DNA of 36,824 nucleotides from Intoshia linei. Taxonomy: Eukaryota; Animalia; Orthonectida. The DNA is taken from positions 1 through 36,824 of the forward strand of contig LWCA01000246.1 in assembly GCA_001642005.1 (NCBI GenBank), read 5' to 3'. Each line of letters starts with the position of its first letter. The stretch's first letter is position 1. Below the pieces are notes generated by a model. It made no database searches, was not told the DNA's origin, and was given only the letters and a program-made list of their open reading frames with translations. The position numbers were made by a program, and so were the translations under genes. Positions 22,560 through 35,400 of the stretch are shown piece after piece.

Positions 22560-25500
22560 TTAGTCACATCGATATTTATGCTGTATATCTAAGAAAATAA
22601 ATTAATAAGTATACCCAATTACGTACTCTTAGTATTTTTAATAATATCTCTAAAAATAAAGAAATCTTTAACACAATTGGCATACAAATCAGACGGCATT
22701 AATAAATATTTGATAGGAAACTATATTACATTAATGGTGATTTATTCTTTTTTGAAAACTAATGAAAATCTTCAAAATATTAAAATTAGAGGAATTTATT
22801 ATTAATTTCTACACCATATAACAAACCCCAAATTATGTTGTCATTTTATCAAAACAAATATTTATCATCACTTACTAACACAAAAACACAAACATGTATC
22901 ACCCGGTTAAAAAACTCAATACGTGTTACCCATTATTATCAAGGGTGGTCAAACAGCAGTTACCTCTGCCAAGGTCGGACTTTTTAATTTTAAGAAAATC
23001 AGAAATTATAATTTTCGTTTATAACTATCGAAAGTTTTGATTTACATCGACAACCCTTATATTACACAAATTTTTTAATTGTAGTTGAAACTATAAAACA
23101 TTGAAAAAACGTTTTTAAATATATAAATAATTTCCATTTCTTAAAACCCACTAGCGACCGCCAGGCCTCGATTGAGAAACCATGATTTAAAGTCAATTTT
23201 TTAAATTGTTAAATTAAATTGAATCATTATACTAGTACATTTAAATTATAAATTTTGTAAATATTTTATAAAACTACCTATTTGAAGTTTAATACTAGGT
23301 ATATATTTTTCCCAGAATGCGCACTGTGATATTCTGGGTCCTTTTTTTACTACAACATGTTTATTTTCAATTATACTATTGAAATTTAATTCCAAGTAAA
23401 CACGTGTATGTGGGGTACGTATAGGCCACTCTTTGAGACTTGTTTCTCCAGGTGATTTATTCGGATTACTAAATTGTTATATATTTTTATATTTTATATC
23501 CAGTCTAAGTCCTTATTAACGGAATTTCCAAATTTGGATTAATTTTAGGATTAATATGGAATTTCCTTAACGTAAGACACTTGTTAACGGGATTTAATTT
23601 TTTTAAATAAAAACAATTAAATAATCATATTTTTGTTATTATAAGATTTTAAATAATGCATGACGAAGTATTATACACCAACCATTCTCAACGGGGTCCA
23701 TGGGACCCGTGGGATCCAAAGAAGTTTTTGGGTTCATGAAAAATTTTATAGTTAAATTATTTAAAATAATAAAAGGAAGTGAAAAATGATATTTCCGTAA
23801 TGATAGTAATTATTTCTAATTAACGCCATCTAATTTAATATCTATAAAAAATTTGATAAAAAACGTAATAAATTGATTTTTAATTAGTAAAAAAATGAAA
23901 TGGACATCTGAGTTTTAGTTTATGATAGTCATTAAAAATGTAACATAGAGCTTTAGAAATAAAATTTCTATTAACGGAATTTTTAGTTCATATAAATTCC
24001 GTTAACAAAAATTCCGTTAATAAGGTCTTAGACTGTACCATTTACATTTTAATAATTAAAATCAAATTAATAGAATAAATAAATATAATTGATTAGAATA
24101 AGTTAGTGAAAATGTTAATAAAAATTCATAATTTTGCAAAAGGTGTTTATTTCTGGGAGGCTTCCGCTTAGAGCGTTATTTATTTAATATTATAAAAGAT
24201 CATTTAAATTGAAAATTTATGTACGCTTTATATAAAATTTAAATAATTATTGAAATCAATTTTATTGGATTAACTTCTGAATTTTTCAATTTCCTATCTT
24301 GAATTAATTAAATTCCCCCTAGGGCGACGGGATTAAATAATACATTTAACTCTAGATATTATTATAATTCATTTATATACTGTTTAGTTCAAAATGCATT
24401 AAATAAAACAAAGCTATTACTTGATTACAATTACCCCGTTTTAACAAAATTTGACCAATATTTCATGATTTTTCTACTAAACAATCTATCTTTTTTAGTA
24501 TAGTTGCTAGCCATTTTGAAAGGTTCTCCAAAGGTATACAATATTTCATCTCCATGCAACACACCCATCCATATTGGCCAATGATGATTATCGGAACGAT
24601 GATTGAATAAGTAATAATAAACATTTTGTCCAGATTGTGCGTACGCATCAGCAAAATCATTAACTTTGCATACAAACTGAGCTAAATAATTAATTTTAAT
24701 ATTCAAATACAATAAAATTGATAATAAATAGAGCCCTGTTTTTACCGACGTTTCTGTAGAAATTTTCATTATCAGTCTGTAATTTAATTTTTTTAATCCC
24801 CGTAAGATATTTATTTCGCTACAAAAATAGAATTATACTGTTTACAGATCAAAGGAACTGAAGGTAGAGACAAGAAGAAGCAATACACAAAAGTATTAAT
24901 AAACAATTGGATATAAAAGTGAACAAATGACAAAATTCAAAATACAAATTTGTAGGTGAATTTAAAAATTAACAATATGTGGCTAATACACATATTAAAA
25001 ATACAAAACAATCTGGCCCGTCATAAAATAATTTCCAGCGCAATAATTTATTGCATGTTATTAATTATTTAATAAACTTATCCGACTGTTCCAACAGGGC
25101 GGTTCTTCCTGTTATACAAGTAGACTTTTGAAGCAATTTGAATAAAAATTAAGGAAAGAGGCCTACACACATGTATATATTGCAGCTTAAATAAATTTTC
25201 ATGGAAGAATAGATGTTAATACCTCAAGAAACTACCTACAATCTTAATTTAAGTATGTTTAAACGTACTAGAGGTGTTTTTATGGCTAATAGAGAAAATT
25301 AAACTTTTCTAACTTTTTTATTTTTTTTTCACTTTTTTTGTCCACTATTGTAGAAGAGAATAAAATTGATTTTATTTTCAAAACATTTCTAAGCATAAAA
25401 CGCATGTAAATGAAAATTACCGTCGCTGACTGCATTATCTAAATTGAGAATATTGGCAAATTTATTATTTTTATCAATCCAATTTGTATATTGAAATTTA

Positions 25501-26895
25501 ACTGCTTCAAAAATATAATCTTTAATTTCATTAGGATATTTTGGATGATAGTTAAATAGGCTTTTAAGGGATTCTACAAATTGTCTGTAATTCATAGATG
25601 TAGTGTTTAATTTTAATAGATTCGATAGTTCATAAATTAGAAAATAAGACGCTTCGTTGGAATTAGACCCTATTAAAATTGAACAATTTTTAAACTGACG
25701 TTTTTTGACTAAATTTTTGGGTTTATCCATTAAAAAATATCCATCTACCACAGGAACAAAGGGAAACTGTAATATTCCTTTCGTGATCCACATTTTGTCA
25801 ATAAGTTCTTGAGCTGGAGTTCTAATAAGACAATTGATGATTTCCATTTTATCAAAGGTGTCAATATTTGATACTAAATTTTTATTACATGATAATTAGA
25901 TATACATTACGTGTGTTATTATTGAGGTTATTGGTTTTATGGCACTTTATTTTATTTATAGCCAATTCCATAGTTCGTTGTTTGGCTTCTTGCTGTGACA
26001 ATGTGGCCCAATTCATGTTGGCTGTACCACTTTGTAAAATAGCGCGATTGAACAAATGTTGCGATAGTGGCGATAGCAAGTGCAAACTTACGCTTACTGA
26101 CCCTGCAGATTCACCCATTAACGTTATGTTGTTTGGATCGCCACCAAATACCTTTATATTGTCGTTTATCCATTGCAAAGCCATTAATTGGTCGAGCATA
26201 CCAACGTTACCGGGTGCATCTTCATGGTCCATGGATAAGAAACCAAAAACATTTACCCGATAATTGAGAGTGACGACTATAATATTATTAAGTGTGGATA
26301 AGATTTTAGAATCGTATACATTTAATGCTGTGGATCCCGAATAAAACCCACCTCCGTATATCCATATAACTACGGGTAAATTTCGATAACGACGAAGAGT
26401 CGTATGATATGGTGTCCAAATGTTTAGATATAAACAATCTTCACTAACTTTAGTGTTTGGGTTCCACATGGAAGATCCTTCAAAATCGCCGAAAAAATTA
26501 TCCATATTTTGATAACATGAATTTGGCATTTTATTGGCCGATAAAATGTTGGTCCAAGATGATATTGGTTGGGGTCGGTGGAAACGAAGAGACCCGGTAG
26601 GTGGGTTAGCATAGGGAATACCTAAGAAAATATCGATGGTTTCATTCAGCCACGGTAATTTTTGTCGGATGCCTCGTACTCTACCACTTTTCGTTGAAAC
26701 TATTAGTCTATTGTTATTATAAGTGTTCGATTGTCTTTTGTGCTTGTTGAGGTGGACGTATTTTTTCATATTCATGTAAACACCGTGTTGTGTGTGTTGA
26801 AGGCCACATTTCACTCTTTTTGAGACCAGTATAATTACAATCATTAGGACAAGACTGAAACTATGCAATCCACTTTCAAATTTAAAAAAAATCAT
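22560..26895 (-). CDS. ACHE: Acetylcholinesterase. Exons 26895-25911, 25873-25421, 24681-24435, 23468-23278; terminal exon uncertain (candidate 22588-22560, DIQHKYRCD*)
   Basis: Signal peptide; FLGIPYA, choline-site MWNPN, SEDCLYLNIW, oxyanion hole YGGGFYSG, catalytic triad GESAG / NSNEASYF / GVLHGDEI, QFPFVPVVDG, and CAFW. Confidence 0.93.
23501..24035. mobile_element. Tc1/mariner (pogo/Tigger-like) MITE in an AChE intron, with a nested hAT-like fragment at ~23679
   Basis: 27-bp TIR CAGTCTAAG(T/A)CCTTATTAACGGAATTT with one mismatch; TA on the right flank; internal TTAACGGAAT subrepeats. Confidence 0.88.
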
Positions 26896-28362
26896 TAATC
26901 AATCAAAATATCTCAATAATCGAATTTGACCATATATGTAAATAAAAGTATAACTTATTAAAACACATTAAAATGATATATGTTGGCAATTATATCAAAG
27001 TATACTTAGGAACTATTCCAGTCTATCTTTCAGTATCTAAATATTTCAATATATAAATAACGTACTGATTCCAAACATAAATTAATGAAAAGCACCACTC
27101 GAAGCGATTTATAAATTGCAATATTCATTTTTGATTGACTGGACAATTTAAAATTAAATTATTGTCAAAATCTTGATTAAAAGATGTATTGAATATTCAA
27201 ACATCCCTAAATTTGCATTTATTTTTATTTTGTAATGAAATTTAATCAGTCTCAATGACAAAATAAATAATTCACACATTATATCCAATAAGGTATGACC
27301 TATATACTTTTTAAAATTTTACAGATCATCTTGTACAGACTAACACATTATTAATGTGAAATTGACAAATCATTAAATTATAATTAGATCTAATCAAATT
27401 AAATTTTATCATAAAGAAACGGAAACTATATTTTAATGCAATAAATACAGTCTATTTAATATTAAAGCATTACATTTTTCTGACAAATAAATTTGATTAA
27501 TCATTAAATTGCAAAATTAATCTATAACTGAGTTAAATATGTCAACTTTTAGACATAATTATTTGAATTTATGTAATGTGAATAATTTTATTTACTTTTT
27601 AAAATAGTTTTTCTCATATTACACCAACACAAGTTTTTGATAATTTAATAACAGTCGTCAAATTTAACATCTTCATCTGTGAAATTATTACTGTTGATGT
27701 TTTTTACAAATGAATAATTGTCCATCATTAAAATAAAATAATTATAAACTTGATATATTAATAAAATCATCGCTTAAAAATACTGTACATTGTAAAATGT
27801 ATTTGAATCTTATCATCTAAATTATAATCTAAAATCAATAACTGTAAAAATTTAAGATGGTGAATAAATTATATTTTTTGTTAATTAGTTTTGACAGATA
27901 AATATTATATAGTTAATCATGTGATTTTTATCATAAAAATCAATACTGTACAATTTACATATTGTTTAAAAAATTATATAACTGATTTTTCACTTTTAAT
28001 GGTTTTAGTGGACTTTTAAATAAATTTAAATCTATTATATGTAATAACAAATTTCCGATAATTTTTTAACAAGAAATCTTTTTAATAAATTCGATTTGTA
28101 ATTTTTGGGTGTTTAATATAAAACTGAAACCATTTAAAAATATGGGCCCATAAAATTATTATATTATTTATAAATTTCATCCAGTGGAATAGGTAGGGCT
28201 GTAGAGAGGGAGACTAAGGGGCCATATGGGCTGGGCCTACAATCATGAGAATTTAATATTTATATTTTCTAATAGTTAATGTTTGAAAATTTCTAAAGTA
28301 CGTCAAAATTATGATGACCAATGCGATTTACAACTGTTATTTTTGATTTTTACGCAATAGAC

Positions 28363-28739
28363 CAGAGGTGGGGAAGCATTTACTGTTCGACTGCTGCACT
28401 AACGTCCAAAAAAATGTAATAAGGTCGCACCTTTCTAAATAAAATTTAATCAAATACATCATTGCTTTTCATGGGGTGACTGGTCAACCCAAGGCGTGAA
28501 TTATATTATGAGGGGGTAAAAACAAAAATTTTACCAAACTTTTAAATCAAAAATCTAAAAGAAAAAACCTAATTTTATCAATCTTTAAGGGAAAAAACCA
28601 CTCTACCAATATTTTTCTAAAAAATCATATTTCACCAAAAATTATTATAATAAATAAAATAATTTTAAATGAAAAATAATTCAAATTGTTCAGAAGGCCG
28701 TACCAAATCGTCAATAATGCGTCAGTTTCCCCACCTATG
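28363..28739. mobile_element. hAT MITE, 377 bp, with a nested fragment of a second family (28460-28650)
   Basis: TSD CAATAGAC / CAATAAAC (7/8); TIR CAGAGGTGGGGAA / TTCCCCACCTATG (12/13). Confidence 0.85.
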
Positions 28740-29493
28740 CAATAAACCATCGATTAAACAATGTATATATGTCCCAATTTAAAAAAAATGTATGTGGCTA
28801 CAATTTCCATCTATTGCTGGCTTTCCACGACCCTGGGAATAGATTTTAAATTATATTAATGTAAACAAGTTAGTTTACCTTCATTCATATTTTGAAAGGA
28901 TATAAAGGAAAGATGTGGCTATATTACTACAGCGGCTTAGTAATAATAAAAATCAGAATGCATTTAAATTGAAATCATTGAATAAAAATTCTCATGTAAA
29001 ATTTATATTCAGCCTAAATCCCAAAATAGTATAAACATTATAGGTACATTCCAGTATTAAATGCAACTAATCTTTTGTTTCCTAGATAATTGTATCGATC
29101 TCCGAAGGAATCAATTAAATAAAAATATTCACATAAAAATTAGTTGAATAAATTCCTATAATTAAATAAGGTTGTAATTTAATGGGTAAATTTTATAAAC
29201 AAAATATACATTCTCAAAAAAATCGATAAATGTCAATGAAACGGTAAATTGATAACATGATATGTTTAACATGATCAATATTGCTAAATAAAGTTCCAAT
29301 AACTGTGATTCAACTCGTCGGTGGATTGACTCACTATTTAATAACTTGAAGTCATAATGTATATAATTGAATTACACGCACTTGTGACTAATTGAGCAGC
29401 TACACTTACGTATTTCAGGAAGTATTTATACTACTATTTAAATAAATCTATAAATTGTCTATAAATATTATCAAATTAGGCAATGGTTAATAT

Positions 29494-32400
29494 TTAATTT
29501 TGATAATAATTTTTAAATTTTTTTAAAATAGTCGAAGTCACAATATTCACGATATAGCGTTTTTGACCAATTTTGGGAGGGTTCTTTAGAGTTATTTTTT
29601 CAATTTGATCGATATTAACAGTGTGGGTAACAGTTTCAAGCAATTTTTGTAATTTCAACGAGGATTTACTTTGAGGTATTATTAATAAAATGGCATGTAA
29701 TAATTTTATAATGTCTCGGGATTTATCTACATTCAAAAGATCCAATCTTATTTCTAATAATAGATTTATAGTTTCGCTATTACTAAAAAACTTGAACAGC
29801 TATTCATTTGCAATATTTGAACCAAATTCTCCAAATCTAATAACACATCTAAAGGAATTTCGTCCAGTTGACCACTAAAAAAAGATATACAATATAAAAA
29901 AAATGTACATTATCAAAACAAGTTCAAAGCAGAATGTATAATAACCAGATCCCATGAATACATATAATAAAGACATTGGTTGAATCAATAAAGCATTTAT
30001 TATACCCATACAATCATTTTCATCAGGTAGGTTCTACACGTAAATATAATGATCATTAATAATAAATACACTGATGTAATTTTTGTATCTATCCAATATG
30101 TAATAAATTAATTAACTTGATAAAATTAATCGGAGGTCATTGGCCATATGTTCATTTCAAAACAAGGCTAAAATGAAAAAACCCTAATGCACAACAGTAA
30201 CTGGCAAACTGGTTATTAATTAATGATAAGACGATTGCAAGGTATAGGAATCGTTATAAAATTTTATCAATTCGATTATCTATTTTCCACTTAAAGTAAA
30301 CAAGATACAGTACAACTACAAATTAGAGTTATTTAAGAAGATAAAAATTAATAAAATATCATTTGACACCGGTGGACAATGTGGACTGCACATTAGTGTT
30401 TTTTTAGAAATTTAGTCAAAAATTTGAAAAGTACTTTATAAGTATTCTTTTGATCAAAGCGGTGAAAGGTATTTTTTTAATTTTGAAAAAAAATTACCCA
30501 AATATCCCTTTAAAATATGGCCAATCTTAATCTATTAATCATGTTTTAAAGTTATAAAGTTGTATATCAAAAATTAAACGCAATTGAAAGCCTCTAAAAT
30601 ATTTGGTCCCGATGGGTGTGCCTAGACCCCCGCGGGTCGAAAACTATATGCCTGGATGCGTAAGATTTAAATCTAATATAAAAAGATTTTATCAACTTTT
30701 GTTTATATTTATAGGATAATTTTTAATATTTATTACAGAGTTGCCAGATATTGTGAATTCATCCTAAAGCCTAGACTACCGTTATATTATGATTTCAAAA
30801 ATCCCAATTTTATCCCACCATCAATAAAATTTAATAAAAAATACTATTTGAAACCATCAGGGAAAAATCGACTTTTACTTATATTTTTTTCAAAAATCGG
30901 ATTTTACCCAATCTACAACAACTGTAATGAACAACAACTTCTTAATCTTCTTAATCCAAAACCCAAAATAAAAAATCCAATTTTACTACCCTTAATTTAA
31001 AAATCCCTTTTTCCAATATTTTTTTGAAAACACGATTTTACCGAATCTTATGTGAAAAAACCTTTAATTTTTTCATAAACGTTTTGTATTTCATGTTTCC
31101 TTTGGGGTCCAAAATATATATATTTTTAAATGGGGCCGTTTTTAAAAAATTATAAATTTTTCCATTATTGATATTTTAAACTTTAAATTTACTACATATT
31201 CAACTTTCCATAAAACAAATATAACAGTTTAAAATACAAAGTTTTGTACTATAAAAAAAACCTCATGTAAGCTATGGCGTGGCCCTCGTAAACCCCAATT
31301 TATCAAATAAGTCGGTAAATATTTTAAAATTTCAATATTTGTGAAACCAGGCTCCATCAAAGCAGTTTGTCCTAGAAGCATTACAAATTTTTCTATAAAC
31401 GAAATATTTTTATTCTTGACTTTATTATTTTCCAATTCATAATTGATACAATAAAAAGACTTATCCTGTTCAGTTTTGACATTTCGTAAATCGTTTGATT
31501 GTACCATCAAAACAACTTTGCATAAATACATATATACAACATCGGCAGTCATATATGATGCAAAGTATCTATAATATAAATAAATACTTATATAAATACA
31601 AAAAATCATTCAAGTTGTAAGAAAATACATTATGTTGATTAATTTTATACAAATGAACAAACATAATAACTATCTTAGTACTTCACATTCGGGATCACGC
31701 CTATAAAGGATTGAGACTAGAGAAAAAGATTTAATAAGCTGAACTTTTTAAATGATATTTATTTGATACAATGCATTGTATCTTATCAATTTAAAAAAAA
31801 TAATACCTTAAAATGCAGAGAATAGTTTCTCTTTTACAAGATATGGATTCAAAATATTGATAAAATTTAAAAATAATAATAAAATCCAGACGGCAGGTTT
31901 TCAAAAAGATTTCTTTAGATTTGTAATAATTTATACAATTAATGAATACATTGCTGTTACAACATCCATCATGTTTTGAAATCTGTGCTAAAACAGCTAC
32001 GGCACCTTTCTGTACTTTCTAATATACATTAAAGAAACAATTAAAAATCATTAACTTGATTTTTGCTATTGAGTAATTTTAAAATAGGATCAATATAATC
32101 AATGTTCATTTTGCAATACTATCAATAATAGTAATATTAATATAAAATGTAATATAATTTTTAATAAAAGAACCTCGTCTAAAAATTTCATGACCATGCA
32201 GTAAATGAGCTCAATAGATTCAGAAATAAAAAATTTTTTTGATTGATTCAAATACCTAAAAATAATACTACACGTCGACTCCACGTCTAATCCGACAATA
32301 TTTTTTTCCACTGTAATCCACTTTTTTATTGTTTCAAATAAAACATTTATATGAACCATTAAATCTACAATAAAATATTTAAATACATAATGAAACATAA

Positions 32401-35400
32401 ATACCGTGATTATTACGCAAATTTTCGATAACATTTTCATTGTACAAACATGACAGTATTGGTGAAAGACAACATCTCATATCATCGTCGTATATCACTG
32501 TTAATTTGTTTAACCAGGTAAATGCTATATTTTGAATACTTTCATCTATTTATTTAAATTAAAAAAATAAAATATAATTTATAACCGTGATTTTTAAATT
32601 TAAACCTCCACGAACCCCTTATTTCACCCAAAAAATTTAGAAAATAATGATTTCATTATAACAAAAATCGAAAAAATCAATTTCTGAGATTGTATTTGAA
32701 AACTAGATTTTTAAATTATCTGAAAAAAGCGTACCATCGATATGATCTGTATAAAGGTAACTATTATTAGTATTCATTTTCAATCCTAACTTATATATTT
32801 TATGTTACGCGATTTTTGTTTGTGTGTGTGTACCACTTTATTCAAATAACTATCAATCTTAGAATTTTTTAAAGACAACATTTCAATTACGGTTTTTTCC
32901 GGGACGTATAATAAGATAAATTTTAACCTCCCAATTTATCATCTTACGGGTCAAAAACCCCAGTTGTCCCTCTTTTTAAAAATCAAACGAGTTGGAGAAT
33001 TTAAAAAAATATATACACTGATACGCATTTTAAAATCATAAACATAACCATAAATTTAAATTTAAAAAAATTATATTTTTAGGGCCAAAACCCCAAATTA
33101 CCCTTCTTTTTTTAATAAAAACAGCCCTATAAGTTCAAAAAATTTCAATCTGAATAAGTGATAACTTCATGGTCAAAAAAGCATTTTAGTATTAATATAT
33201 TTTTTTTCCGAAATATTTTATTAAAACAAAAAATTTCAAATAATTAACTGTCCGATAACTAAAAAAAAAATTAATCTGATAGAGCTTATACCAGTTGATA
33301 TAAATACAAAATTTCAACCACAGAAATCTACGATTGAATATAATTAATAATCAGAGTCGAACCTACTTAACCCGGCACACCTCTTTAGGTCTGACGAAAT
33401 TATTATAAAATGATAAACTTATTTTTCCAAATTGTACATTTAAAAAATTTAAATTCTTGAATATGATAACTAGTTTGTCAGTTAAATTTTGAAATATCAA
33501 GTCAAGACTCTTGCAGAGTAAACAAATAAAGACAAGCATTTACTATGTATATATTACAATGTTTTGTTATCGTTTTGCGTAAATTTTTTTAGTGGTATAT
33601 TTTCATTTTCGTGATGAACTCGAGCTTGGTAGGTTAAGCTCTGTAATAATAATATTGAATATTTTTCAGTAATGTACAAAATGTTGAATAATACAAAATA
33701 GAATGATATTTTGAGTTATTCATCTGCTCTGAATTTGAGCACCCTGAAAAATTGTATGGACCGAAGTTAAAAAAACTTACCATCATTTTGACAATGGAGT
33801 ATAATTATATTGAAAATAGGTTTCATTTTTACGCAACTCTTGTCGAAATTATTAATCAAATTTGATAAAAAATTTTCAACGCTTATTTTGAAAGAATCCT
33901 GTGGTCCTTTTTCCAACATTTTCATAATTCCATCCAAAAATTGAGGTAAATAAACATACGTGTTGAAATTTACAAGTCCATCCAAAGTAATAATCTAAAA
34001 TAAGAACAATAATACACATATTAACAGCCGAATCTACAATGTTCGAGATCACCGAAAATATAAAATATGCTACTAAAAAACTTTTCAAAAGCGATGCATA
34101 GTGTTATAAACCCACTAGCCACCTCTCAACGAACAGAGTTAACAAATTAAATTTAACAGACAAAACTGTTGATTAAAGTTGAGATCAAAATTAAAGCCTC
34201 ATTTTCTAATTCCTTTTCTTCACGGAAGAAGGAACTCGGTACAGTAGGTTTGGCTCTTTCTATTATTAATGCATAATTATACATATATTTTAAATTATAA
34301 TTTAAAATACCCAATTTAGTATGCAACATTTAGATTTATAATCCTTTGAATATATTCTACAAATAATTAAACGAAAAATTTTTTCATAATTGTAATTTGG
34401 TTGTTGTGCAATAATGGACTAAAAAAATATATTTTTAATTGTAATATTAATATTATATTAAAACTCATACTTATAAGTTATAACCTTCAATAAAAGGGGT
34501 TTCACACTCAGTTCACTCGGTAGGAGAAAATTTAAAAAATTTTTACGCTCACACAAAAAAATGCAAAACTTACACCCCTAATGAACAGGCAGTATCTTTG
34601 TAATATAGTAAAATAATGATAAAATTTACTAACCAATAACCAGGATAAAAAATCATCCAGTGTCATATAGATCAGGGATTCTTAGATTTTATAAATACAT
34701 TAAATATTAAATTGTATACTCCCCAATGTCTAAAATCTAAAATGTCTATAACATACAAAAATATCACAATTTTTTTAGAGAATTATTGGTTATATGGGTT
34801 CGATTTATTAAAAAATTGAGTCACTGTAACAACTTATTTATGAATTATGGAGAGGCGTTCTAAAACAAGGTTGAAAACATATTATAGACTAGCATTTGTA
34901 AATGTACAAATTCTACAAAATTACTTTTAAGGTACTATCTAAAAATCGACTGCTTTGTTCGACCATCAAATCAGAATCATTAGAAAGCTAGACAAAACAA
35001 TAAAAATAAACTTTATAATGTTCCTACATTAAAAATGGATTCAAATATATTTTCCAGGTATATAATTGCTCCGATTTCATCCACTTTCATTATATTAAAT
35101 AATGTTTCACTACCCAAAAATCTCACCATAGAATCAGTATCTCCGAGGGAAATCAATACAGCTTCATACAATATTTTTCGTACAGCTTTATGATTATTGA
35201 TATATAACTAATTTTAATATTATATACATAATACATTATCCAGATCAGAACCGAACTTACTATCTTCGAAACCACCCGAAAATGAAACAGGCTCCGAAAA
35301 AATTTTCTAGAAAGATGCGTATTTTCATACAATCCATACATATATCATGGTCTTGACAATGCAGTAAGAAATTGACAACATTTACAAATTGTGTATTGAC

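Noticed and set aside
34620-34888. VAC14 pseudogenisation or stop-codon readthrough
   Set aside because: The in-frame stop arises only from the decoy acceptor. The intact homologous exon is at 34418-34311.
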